The notes below the pieces were generated by a model that saw nothing but the letters and a program-made list of their open reading frames with translations, had not been told where the DNA came from and ran no database searches. A DNA stretch of 64,000 bases from the NCBI GenBank assembly GCA_964016885.1, contig OZ024743.1, positions 128,836,001 to 128,900,000 on the forward strand, given 5' to 3'. Of the stretch, positions 31,664 through 45,779 are shown piece by piece (position 1 is the stretch's first letter; every line of letters begins with the position of its first letter). The position numbers were made by a program, and so were the translations under genes. The stretch comes from Eledone cirrhosa (taxonomy: Eukaryota).

Positions 31664-34600
31664 AAGCACCAAACACCAAGCGCCAAGCACCAAACAACGA
31701 GCACCAATCACCAAGCATCAAGCACCAAGCACCAAGCACCAAGCACCAAACACCAAGCACCAAGCACCAAGCACCAAACACCAAGCACCAAACACCAAGC
31801 ACCAAACACCAAGCACCAAGCACCAAGCACGAAGCACCAAAAACTAAGCACCAAGCTCCAAGCACCAAACACCAAGCACCAAACACTAAACACCAAGCAC
31901 CAACCATCAAACACCAAGCACCAAGCGCCAAACACCAAACACCAAGCGCCAAGCACCAAACACCAATCTCCAAACACCAATCACCAAAGACCAAGTACCA
32001 AGCACCAAACACCAGACACCAAGCACCAAGCACCAAACACCAAATACCAAGCACCAAGCACTAAACACCAAACACCAAGCACCAAGCACCAAGCACCAAG
32101 CACCAAACACCAAACAGCAAACACCAAACACCAAACACCAAGCACCAAACACCAAGCACCAAGCACCAAGCACCAAACACCAAGCACCAAGCACGAAAAA
32201 CCAAACACCAAGAACCAAGCACCAAACACCAAACACCAAGTACCAAGCACCAAACACCAAACACCAAAAACCAAGCACCAAACACCAAACACCAAGCACC
32301 AAGCACCAAGCACCAAACACCGAGCACCAAGCACCAACCACCAAACACCAACCACCAAGCTGCAACCACCAAACGCAAGCACCAAGCACCAAACACCAAA
32401 CACCAAGCACCAAGCACCAAGCACCAAACACCAGGCACCAAGCTCCAAACACCAAGCACCAAGCACCAAGCACCAAACACCAAGCACCAAACACCAAGCA
32501 CCAAGCACTAAACACCAAACACCTAGCACCAAGCACCAAACACCAAGCACCAAGCACCAAGCACCAAACACCAAGTCCCAAGCACCAAGCACCAAGAAAC
32601 AAATACCAAACACCAAGCACCAAGCACCAAACACCAAGTACCAAGCACCAAGCACCAAACATCAAGCACCAAGCACCAAGCACCAAACACCTAGCACCAA
32701 GCACCAAACACCAAGCAACAAGCACCAAGCACCAAACACCAAGCACCAAGCACCAAGCACCAAATACCAAACACCAAGCACCAAGCACCACACATCAAAC
32801 ACCAAACACCACACACCAAACACCAAACAGCAAACACCAAACAGCAAACACCAAACACCAAATAGCATACACCAAACAGCAAACAGCAAACACCAAACAG
32901 CAAACACCAAATACCAAACACCAAGCACCAAGCACCAAGCACCAAGCACAAAACATCAAGCACCAAGCACCAAGAACCAAGCACCAAGCACCAAACACCA
33001 AACACCAAGCACCAAACACCAAACACAGCAACCAAGCACCAAACACCAAACACCAAGCACCAAGAACCAAACACTAAGCACCAAGCACCAAGCATCAAGC
33101 ACCAAACACCAAGCACCAAGCAAAAAGCACCAAACACCAAATACCAAGCACCAAACACCAAACACCAAGCACCAAGCACCAAACACCAAATACCAAGCAC
33201 CAATCACCAAACACCAAGCACCAAGCACCAAGCACTAAACAACAAGAACCAAGCACCAAGCACCAAACACCAAGCACCAAGCACCAAGCACCAAACACCA
33301 AACACCAAGCATCAAGAACCAAGCACCAAACACCAAGCACCAAGCACCAAACACCAAACACCAAGCACCAAACACCAAACACAAGAACCAAGCACCAAAC
33401 ACCAAACACCAAGCACCAAGCACAAAGCACCAAGCACTAAGCAGCAAGCACGAAGCACCAAGCACCAAACACCAAGCACCAAGCACCAAGCACCAAACAC
33501 CAAGCACTAAGCACCAAACACCAAGCACCAAGCACCAAACAACAAGCACCAAGCACCAAACACCAAGCACCAAGCACGAAACACCAAACACCAAACACCA
33601 AACACCAAACAGCAAACACCAAACACCAAACACCAAACACCAAAAACCAAGCACCAAGCACCAAGCACCAAACACCGCACACCAAGCACCAAACACTAAA
33701 CACCAAGCACCAAGCACAAAGCACCAAGCACGAAACACCAAACACCAAGCACCAAACACCAAACACCAATCACCAAGCCCCAAACACTAAACACCAAGCA
33801 CCAACCACCAAACACCAAACACCAAGCACCAAGCACCAAGCACCAAACACCAAGCGCCAAGCACCAAACAACAAGCACCAATCACCAAGCATCAAGCACC
33901 AAGCACCAAGCACCAAGCACCAAACACCAAGCACCAAGCACCAAGCACCAAACACCAAGCACCAAACACCAAGCACCAAACACCAACCACCAAGCACCAA
34001 GCACGAAGCACCAAAAACCAAGCACCAAGCACCAAGCACCAAACACCAAGCACCAAACACCAAACACCAATCACCAACCATCAAACACCAAGCACCAAGC
34101 GCCAAGCACCAAACACCAAGCACCAAGCACCAAACACCAAGCACCAAGCACCAAGCACCAAACACCAATCTTCAAACACCAATCACCAAAGACCAAGAAC
34201 CAAGCACCAAACACCAGACACCAAGCACCAAGCACCAAACACCAAGAACCAATCACCAAGCACCAAACACCAAACACCAAGCACCAAGCACCAAACACCA
34301 AACACGAAGCACCAACACCAAACACCAAACACCAAACACCAAGCACCAAGCACCAAACCCCAAGCACCAAACACCACCCACCAAACACCAAACACCAAAC
34401 ACCAATCACCAAGCACCAAACACCAAGCACCAAGCACCAAGCACCAAACAACAATCACCAAGCACCAAGCACCAAACACCAAGCACCAAGCACCAAACAC
34501 CAAACACCTAGAACCAAGCACCAAACACCAAGCACCAAGCACCAAGCACCAAACACCAAGCACCAAGCACCAAGCACCAAACACCAAACACCAAACGCCA

Positions 34601-36349
34601 AGCACGAAGCACCAAACACCAAGTACCAAGCACCAAGCACCAAACATCAAGCACCAAGCACCAAGCACCAAACACAAAGCACCAAGCACCAAGCACCAAA
34701 CACCTAGCACCAAGCACCAAACACCAAGCACCAAGCACCAAGCACCAAACACCAAGCACCAAGCACCAAGCACCAAATACCAAACACCAAGCACCAAGCA
34801 CCACACATCAAACACCAAACACCACACACCAAACACCAAACAGCAAACACCAAACAGCAAACACCAAACACCAAATAGCAAACACCAAACAGCAAACACC
34901 AAACACCAAACAGCAAACACCAAACACCAAACACCAAGCACCAAGCACCAAGCACCAAGCACAAAACATCAAGCACCAAGCACCAAGAACCAAGCACCAA
35001 GCATCAAACACCAAACACCAAGCACCAAACACCAAACACAAGAACCAAGCACCAAACACCAAACACCAAGCACCAAGAAGCAAACACCAAGCACCAAGCA
35101 CCAAGCAGCATGCACCAAACAACAAGCACCAAGCAACAAGCACCAAACACCAAATACCAAGCACCAAACACCAAACACCAAACACCGAGCACCAAGCACC
35201 AAACACCAAACACCAAGCACGAAGCACCAAACACCAAGCACCAAGCACCAAGCACCAAACAACAAGAACCAAGCACCAAACACCAAACACCAATCACCAA
35301 GTACCGAACACCAAACACCAAGCACCAAGCACAAATCACCAAGCACTAAGCAGCAAGCACCAAGCACCAAGCACCAAACACCAAGCACCAAGCACCAAGC
35401 ACCAAACACCAAGCACTAAGCACCAAACACCAAGCATCAGGCACCAATCACCAAGCACCAAAGACCAAGCACCAAGCACCAAGTACCACACACCAAGCAC
35501 CAAAGACCAAACACCAAGCACCAAGCACCAAACACCAAGCACTAAGCGCCAAACACCAAACACCAAGCACCAAGAACCAAACACCAAACACCAAGCACCA
35601 AGTACCAAACACCAATCACCTAGCACCAAACACCAAACACCAAGCACCAGTCACCAAGCACCAAGCACTAAGCACCAAGCACCAAGCACCAAACACCAAG
35701 CACCAAACAGCAAGCACCAAACACCAAGAACCAAACACCAAGCACCAGACACCAAGCACCAAGCATCAAGCACCAAGCATCAAGCACCAAACACCAAGCA
35801 CCAAGCACCAAACACCAAGCACCAAACACCAAACACCAAACACTAAACAGCAAACAGCAAACAGCAAACACCAAACACCAAACACCAAACACCAAACACC
35901 AAGCACCAAACACCAAACACCAAGCACCAAGCACCAAACACCTAACACCAAGCACCAAACACCAACCACCAAACACCAAGCACCAAGCACCAAGCACCAA
36001 GCACCAAACACCAAGCACCAAACACCAAGCACCAAACACCTAACACCAAGCACCAAGCACCAAGTACCAAGCACCAAACACCAAGCACCAAACACCAAAC
36101 ACCAAGCACTAAACACCAAACACCAAGCACCAAGCACCAAGCACCAAACACCAAGCACCAAGCACCAAGCACCAAGCACCAAATACCAAGCACGAAACAT
36201 CAAGCACCAAACACCAAGCACCAAGCACCAAACACCAAACACCAAGCACCAAGCACCAAACACCAAGAACCAAGCACCAAACACCAAACACCAAGCACCA
36301 AGCACCAAACACCAAGCACCAAGCGCCAAAGACCAAACACCAAGCACCA

Positions 36350-39300
36350 AGCACCAAGCACCAAACACCAAGCACCAAGCTCCGAGCACCAAACACCAAG
36401 CACCAAGCACCAATCACCAAACACCAAGCACCTAGCACCAAACACCAAACACCAAGCACCAAGCACCAAACACCAAACACCAAGCACCCAGGACCAAAAA
36501 CCAAGCACCCAGCACCAAACACCAAGCACCAAACACCAACCACTCAGCACCAAGCACCAAACACCAAGCACCAAGCACCAAACACCAAACACCAAACACC
36601 AAGCACCAAGCACCAAGCACCAAACACCAAACACCAAACACCAAGCACCAAACACCAAACACAAAGCACCAGACACCAAGCACCAAACACCAAACACCAA
36701 ACACCAAGCACCAAGCACCAAACACCAAACACCAAACACCAAGCACCAAACACCAAACACCAAGCACCAAACACCAAGCACCAGACACCAAGCACCAAAC
36801 ACCAAACACCAAACACCAAGCACCAAACACCAAGCACCAAGCACCGAATACCAAACACCAAGCACCGAGCACCAAACACCAAGCACCAAAGACCAAACAC
36901 CAAACAGCAAACACCAAACACCATACAGCAAACACTAAACACCAAAAAGCAGACACCAAACAGCAAACACCAAACACCAAACACCAAACACCAAACAGCA
37001 AACACCAAACACCAAGCACCAAGTACCAAACACCAAGAACCAAGAACCAAACACCAAGCACCAAGCATCCAGTACAAACACCAAGCACCAAGCACCAAGC
37101 ACCAAACACCAAGAACCAAGCACCAAACACAAAACACCAAGCACCAAGCACCAAACACCAAACTCCAAGCACCAATCACCAAGCACCAAACACCAAACAC
37201 CAAGCACCAAGCACCAAGCACCAAGTACAAACACCAAGTACCAAGCACCAAACACAAAACACCAAGCACCACGCACCAAGCATCAAACACCAAGCAGCAA
37301 ACACCAAACACCAAGCACCAAGCACCAAACACAAAGCACCCAGCACCAAACACCAAGGACCAAGCACCAAGCACCAAGCACCAAAAACCAAACACGAAAC
37401 ACAAAACACCAAGCACCAAGCACCAAACACCAAACTCCAAGCACCAAGCACCAAGCACCAAACACCAAACACCAAGCACCAAGCACCAAGCACCAGGCAC
37501 GAAACACCAAGCACCAAGCACCAAACACCAAGCACCAAGCACCAAAGACCAAACACCAAACACCAAACAGCAAACTACATACAGCAAACACCAAACACCA
37601 AAAAGCAAACACCAAACACCAAACAGCAAACACCAAACAACAAACACCAAACAACAAACACCAAACAGCAAACAGCAAACACCAAACACCAAGCACCAAG
37701 CACCAAACACCAAGCACCAGGCACCAAGCACCAAGCCCCAAGCACCAAACACCAAGCACCTAGCACCTAGCACCAAACACTAAGCACCAAGCACCAAACA
37801 CTAAGCACCAAGCACCAAACACCAAGCACCAAGCACCAAACACCAAGCACCAAGCACCAAGCACCAAACACCAAACACCAAGCACCAAAGACCAAGCACC
37901 AAGCACCAAGCACCAAACACCAAGCACCAAGCACCAAGCACCAAACACCAAGCACCTAGCACCAAACACCAAACACCAAGCACCAAACACCAAGCACCAA
38001 TCACCAAGCATCAAACACCAAGCAGCCAGCAGCAAGCACCAAACACCAAGCACCAAGCACCAAAAACCAAACACCACGCACCAAGCACCAAACACCTAAC
38101 ACCAAGCACCAAGTACCAAGCACCAAACACCAAGCACCAAACACCAAACACCAAGCACCAAGCACCAAACACCAAGCACCAAACACCAAACACCAAGCAC
38201 CAAACACCTAACACCAAACACCAAGCACCAAACACCAAGCACCAAACACCAAACACCAAGCACCAAACACCTAACACCAAGCACCAAACACCAAGCACCA
38301 AACACCAAGCACCAAGCACCAAGCACCAAGCACCAAACACCAAACACCAAACACCAAGCACCAAGCACCAAACACCAAACACCAAGCACCCAGGACCAAA
38401 AACCAAGCACCCAGCACCAAACACCAAGCACCAAACACCAACCACTCAGCACCAAGCACCAAACACCAAGCACCAAGCACCAAACACCAAACACCAAACA
38501 CCAAGCACCAAGCACCAAGCACCAAACACCAAACACCAAACACCAAGCACCAAACACCAAACACAAAGCACCAGACACCAAGCACCAAACACCAAACACC
38601 AAACACCAAGCACCAAGCACCAAACACCAAACACCAAACACCAAGCACCAAACACCAAACACCAAGCACCAAACACCAAGCACCAGACACCAAGCACCAA
38701 ACACCAAACACCAAACACCAAGCACCAAACACCAAGCACCAAGCACCGAATACCAAACACCAAGCACCGAGCACCAAACACCAAGCACCAAAGACCAAAC
38801 ACCAAACAGCAAACACCAAACACCATACAGCAAACACTAAACACCAAAAAGCAGACACCAAACAGCAAACACCAAACACCAAACACCAAACACCAAACAG
38901 CAAACACCAAACACCAAGCACCAAGCACCAAACACCAAGCACCAAGCTCCGAGCACCAAACACCAAGCACCAAGCACCAATCACCAAACACCAAGCACCT
39001 AGCACCAAACACCAAACACCAAGCACCAAGCACCAAACACCAAACACCAAGCACCCAGGACCAAAAACCAAGCACCCAGCACCAAACACCAAGCACCAAA
39101 CACCAACCACTCAGCACCAAGCACCAAACACCAAGCACCAAGCACCAAACACCAAACACCAAACACCAAGCACCAAGCACCAAGCACCAAACACCAAACA
39201 CCAAACACCAAGCACCAAACACCAAACACAAAGCACCAGACACCAAGCACCAAACACCAAACACCAAACACCAAGCACCAAGCACCAAACACCAAACACC

Positions 39301-42300
39301 AAACACCAAGCACCAAACACCAAACACCAAGCACCAAACACCAAGCACCAGACACCAAGCACCAAACACCAAACACCAAACACCAAGCACCAAACACCAA
39401 GCACCAAGCACCGAATACCAAACACCAAGCACCGAGCACCAAACACCAAGCACCAAAGACCAAACACCAAACAGCAAACACCAAACACCATACAGCAAAC
39501 ACTAAACACCAAAAAGCAGACACCAAACAGCAAACACCAAACACCAAACACCAAACACCAAACAGCAAACACCAAACACCAAGCACCAAGTACCAAACAC
39601 CAAGAACCAAGAACCAAACACCAAGCACCAAGCATCAAGTACAAACACCAAGCACAAAGCACCAAGCACCAAACACCAAGAACCAAGCACCAAACACAAA
39701 ACACCAAGCACCAAGCACCAAACACCAAACTCCAAGCACCAAGCACCAAGCACCAAACACCAAACACCAAGCACCAAGCACCAAGCACCAAGTACAAACA
39801 CCAAGTACCAAGCACCAAACACAAAACACCAAGCACCACGCACCAAGCATCAAACACCAAGCAGCAAACACCAAACACCAAGCACCAAGCACCAAACACA
39901 AAGCACCCAGCACCAAACACCAAGGACCAAGCACCAAGCACCAAGCACCAAAAACCAAACACGAAACACAAAACACCAAGCACCAAGCACCAAACACCAA
40001 ACTCCAAGCACCAAGCACCAAGCACCAAACACCAAACACCAAGCACCAAGCACCAAGCACCAAGCACCAAAGACCAAACACCAAACACCAAACAGCAAAC
40101 AACATACAGCAAACACCAAACACCAAAAAGCAAACACCAAACACCAAACAGCAAACACCAAACAACAAACACCAAACAACAAACACCAAACAGCAAACAG
40201 CAAACACCAAACACCAAGCACCAAGCACCAAACACCAAGCACCAGGCACCAAGCACCAAGCACCAAGCAACAAACACTAAGCACCAAGCACCAAACACCA
40301 AGCACCAAGCACCAAACACCAAGCACCAAGCACCAAGCACCAAACACCAAACACCAAGCACCAAAGACCAAGCACCAAGCACCAAGCACCAAACACCAAG
40401 CACCAAGCACCAAGCACCAAACACCAAGCACCTAGCACCAAACACCAAACACCAAGCACCAAACACCAAGCACCAATCACCAAGCATCAAACACCAAGCA
40501 GCCAGCAGCAAGCACCAAACACCAAGCACCAAGCACCAAAAACCAAACACCAAGCACCAAGCACCAAACACCTAACACCAAGCACCAAGTACCAAGCACC
40601 AAACACCAAGCACCAAACACCAAACACCAAGCACCAAGCACCAAACACCAAGCACCAAACACCAAACACCAAGCACCAAACACCTAACACCAAACACCAA
40701 GCACCAAACACCAAGCACCAAACACCAAACACCAAGCACCAAACACCTAACACCAAGCACCAAACACCAAGCACCAAACACCAAGCACCAAGCACCAAGC
40801 ACCAAGCACCAAGCACCAAACACCAAGCACCAAGCACCAAACACCAAGCACCAAGCACCAAACACCAAGAACCAAGCACCAAGCACCAAGTACAAACACC
40901 AAGCACCAAACACCAAGCACCAAGCACCAAGCATCAAAAACCAAGCACCAAACACCAAGCACCAAGCACCAAGCATCAAACACCAAGCATATAACACCAA
41001 ACACCAAACACCAAGCACGAAACACCAAACACCAAGCACCAAGCACCAAACACCAAACACCAAGCACCAAGCACCAAACACCTAACACCAAGCACCAAAC
41101 ACCAAGCACCAAGCACCAAGCACCAAACACCAAGCACCAAGCACCAAACACCAAGCACCAAGCACCAAACACAAAGAACCAAGCACCAAGCACCAAGTAC
41201 AAACACCAAGCACCAAGCACCAAACACCAAGCACCTAGCACCAAACACCAAACACCAAGCCCCAAACACCAAGCACCAATCATCAAGCACCAAACACCAA
41301 GCAACCAGCAGCAAGCACCAAACACCAAACACCAAGCACCAAGCACCAAAAACCAGACACCAAACACCAAGCACCAAACACCTAACACCAAGCACCAAGC
41401 ACCAAGTTCCAAGCACCAAACACCAACAACCAAACACCAAACACCAAGCACCAAACACCAAACACCAAGCACCAAGCACCAAACACCTAACACCAAGCAC
41501 CAAGCACCAACCACCAAACACCAAGCACCAAGCACCAAGCACCAATCACCAAACACCAAGCACCAAACACCAAACACCAAGCACCAAGCACCAAACACCA
41601 AGCACCAAGCACCAAGCACCAAACACCAAGCACCAAGCACCAAACACCAAACACCAAACACCAAGCACCAAGCACCAAGCACCAAACACCAAACACCAAA
41701 CACCAAGCACCAAACACCAAACACAAAGCACCAGACACCAAGCACCAAACACCAAACACCAAACACCAAGCACCAAGCACCAAACACCAAACACCAAACA
41801 CCAAGCACCAAACACCAAACACCAAGCACCAAACACCAAGCACCAGACACCAAGCACCAAACACCAAACACCAAACACCAAGCACCAAACACCAAGCACC
41901 AAGCACCGAATACCAAACACCAAGCACCGAGCACCAAACACCAAGCACCAAAGACCAAACACCAAACAGCAAACACCAAACACCATACAGCAAACACTAA
42001 ACACCAAAAAGCAGACACCAAACAGCAAACACCAAACACCAAACACCAAACACCAAACAGCAAACAACAAACACCAAGCACCAAGTACCAAACACCAAGA
42101 ACCAAGAACCAAACACCAAGCACCAAGCATCAAGTACAAACACCAAGCACAAAGCACCAAGCACCAAAAACCAAGAACCAAGCACCAAACACAAAAGACC
42201 AAGCACCAAGCACCAAACACCAAACTCCAAGCACCAAGCACCAAGCACCAAACACCAAACACCAAGCACCAAGCACCAAGCACCAAGTACAAACACCAAG

Positions 42301-44100
42301 TACCAAGCACCAAACACAAAACACCAAGCACCACGCACCAAGCATCAAACACCAAGCAGCAAACACCAAACACCAAGCACCAAGCACCAAACACAAAGCA
42401 CCCAGCACCAAACACCAAGGACCAAGCACCAAGCACCAAGCACCAAAAACCAAACACGAAACACAAAACACCAAGCACCAAGCACCAAACACCAAACTCC
42501 AAGCACCAAGCACCAAGCACCAAACACCAAACACCAAGCACCAAGCACCAAGCACCAAGCACCAAAGACCAAACACCAAACACCAAACAGCAAACAACAT
42601 ACAGCAAACACCAAACACCAAAAAGCAAACACCAAACACCAAACAGCAAACACCAAACAACAAACACCAAACAACAAACACCAAACAGCAAACAGCAAAC
42701 ACCAAACACCAAGCACCAAGCACCAAACACCAAGCACCAGGCACCAAGCACCAAGCACCAAGCACCAAACACTAAGCACCAAGCACCAAACACCAAGCAC
42801 CAAGCACCAAACACCAAGCACCAAGCACCAAGCACCAAACACCAAACACCAAGCACCAAAGACCAAGCACCAAGCACCAAGCACCAAACACCAAGCACCA
42901 AGCACCAAGCACCAAACACCAAGCACCTAGCACCAAACACCAAACACCAAGCACCAAACACCAAGCACCAATCACCAAGCATCAAACACCAAGCAGCCAG
43001 CAGCAAGCACCAAACACCAAGCACCAAGCACCAAAAACCAAACACCAAGCACCAAGCACCAAACACCTAACACCAAGCACCAAGTACCAAGCACCAAACA
43101 CCAAGCACCAAACACCAAACACCAAGCACCAAGCACCAAACACCAAGCACCAAACACCAAACACCAAGCACCAAACACCTAACACCAAACACCAAGCACC
43201 AAACACCAAGCACCAAACACCAAACACCAAGCACCAAACACCTAACACCAAGCACCAAACACCAAGCACCAAACACCAAGCACCAAGCACCAAGCACCAA
43301 GCACCAAGCACCAAACACCAAGCACCAAGCACCAAACACCAAGCACCAAGCACCAAACACCAAGAACCAAGCACCAAGCACCAAGTACAAACACCAAGCA
43401 CCAAACACCAAGCACCAAGCACCAAGCATCAAACACCAAGCACCAAACACCAAGCACCAAGCACCAAGCATCAAACACCAAGCATATAACACCAAACACC
43501 AAACACCAAGCACGAAACACCAAACACCAAGCACCAAGCACCAAACACCAAACACCAAGCACCAAGCACCAAACACCTAACACCAAGCACCAAACACCAA
43601 GCACCAAGCACCAAGCACCAAACACCAAGCACCAAGCACCAAACACCAAGCACCAAGCACCAAACACAAAGAACCAAGCACCAAGCACCAAGTACAAACA
43701 CCAAGCACCAAGCACCAAACACCAAGCACCTAGCACCAAACACCAAACACCAAGCCCCAAACACCAAGCACCAATCATCAAGCACCAAACACCAAGCAAC
43801 CAGCAGCAAGCACCAAACACCAAACACCAAGCACCAAGCACCAAAAACCAGACACCAAGCACCAAGCACCAAACACCTAACACCAAGCACCAAGCACCAA
43901 GTTCCAAGCACCAAACACCAACAACCAAACACCAAACACCAAGCACCAAACACCAAACACCAAGCACCAAGCACCAAACACCTAACACCAAGCACCAAGC
44001 ACCAACCACCAAACACCAAGCACCAAGCACCAAGCACCAATCACCAAACACCAAGCACCAAACACCAAACACCAAGCACCAAGCACCAAACACCAAGCAC
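36350..44100. repeat. About 2.5 kb higher-order repeat, three copies, plus an extra internal block of about 0.6 kb
   Basis: GAATACC at 36846, 38748, 39413, 41908 (offsets 1902, 665, 2495). CAGGACC-AAAAACC at 36489, 38391, 39056. GCAGCCAGCAGC at 38022, 40498, 42993. Eight ORF pairs at a constant offset of 2495, from 39502..39846/41997..42341 to 40976..41545/43471..44040. Confidence 0.9.
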
Positions 44101-45779
44101 CAAGCACCAAGCATCAAACACCAAGCACCAAACACCAAACACCAAGCACCAAGCATCAAACACCAAGCATATAACATCAAACACCAAACACCAAGCACCA
44201 AGCACCAAACACCAAACACCAAGCACCAAGCACCCAACACCAAACACCAAGCACCAAGCACCAAACACCAAGCACCAAGCACCAAGCAAAAAGCACCAAA
44301 CACCAAGCACCAAACACCAAAAACCAAGCACCAAACACCAAACACCAAGCACCAAGCACCAAACACCTAACACCAAGCACCAAACACCAACCACCAAACA
44401 CCAAGCACCAAGCACCAAGCACCAAGCACCAAACACCAAGCACCAAACACCAAGCACCAAACACCTAACACCAAGCACCAAGCACCAAGTACCAAGCACC
44501 AAACACCAAGCACCAAACACCAAACACCAAGCACTAAACACCAAACACCAAACACCAAGCACCAAACACCAAACACCAAGCACGAAGCACCAAGCACCAA
44601 GTACAAACACCAAGCACCAAGCACCAAACACCAAGCACCAAGCATCAAACACCAAACACCAAACACCAAGCACCAAGCACCAAGCATCAAACACCAAGCA
44701 TATATAACACCAAGCACCAAGCACCAAGCACCAAAGACCAAACAGCAAACAGCAAACACCAAACACCTTACAGCAAACACTAAACACCAAAAAGCAGACA
44801 CCAAACAGCAAACACCAAACACCAAACACCAAACACCAAACACCAAACACCAAGCACCAAACACCAAGGACCAAGCACCAAACACCTAACACCAAGCACC
44901 AAGCACCAAGCACCAAACACCAAGCACCAAACACCAAACATCAAGCACCAAGCATCAAGCAACAAGTATCCAAACACCAAGAACCAAGAACCAAACACCA
45001 AGCACCAAGCACCAATTACAAACACCAAGCACCAAGCACCAAGCACCAAACACCAAGAACCAAGCACCAAACACAAAACACCAAGCGCCAAGCACCAAGC
45101 ATCAAACACCAAGCAGCAAACACCAAACACCCAGCACCCAGCACCAAACACCAAACACTAAACACCAACCACCCAGCACCAAGCACCAAACACCAAGCAC
45201 CAAGCACCAAGCACCAAACACAAAGCACCCAGCACCAAACACCAAGGCCCAAGCACCCAGCACCAAAAACCAAACACCAAACACCAAACTCCAAGCACCA
45301 AGCACCAAGCACCAGGCACCAAACACCAAGCACCAAGCACCAAACACCAAACGCCAAACACCAAACACCAAGAACCAAGAACCAAACACCAAGCACCAAG
45401 CACCAAGTACAAAGACCAAGCACCAAGCACCAAGCACCAAACACCAAGCACCAAGCACCAAACACAAAACACCAAGCACCAAGCACCAAGCATCAAACAC
45501 CAAGCAGCAAACACCAAACACCAAGCACCAAGCACCAAGCACCAAACACAAAGCACCCAGCACCAAACACCAAGGACCAAGCACCAAGCACCAAGCACCA
45601 AAAACCAAACACGAAACACAAAACACCAAGCACCAAGCACCAAACACCAAACTCCAAGCACCAAGCACCAAGCACCAAACACCAAACACCAAGCACCAAG
45701 CACCAAGCACCAGGCACCAAACACCAAGCACCAAACACCAAGGAACAAGCACCAAACACCAAACACCAAACACCAAACA

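Larger units (their letters stand above)
1..35660. repeat. Satellite domain A (variant set A), irregular multi-kb higher-order repeat
   Basis: Marker AGATACC at 2005, 5188, 7999, 10901, 15669, 17788, 20249, 24828, 26826, 31328. Also AATCTCC, AAGAAAC-AAATACC, ACACATC (last at 34803), AAGTACC-ACACACC (last at 35481) and the 6-mer AAACAC before AAGAACC. I did not find these right of about 35.7 kb. Right edge approximate. Confidence 0.85.

Noticed and set aside
35110-35349. Plus-strand ATG ORF (79 aa) near the domain border
   Set aside because: Point-variant ATG followed by pure repeat translation; no regulatory context.
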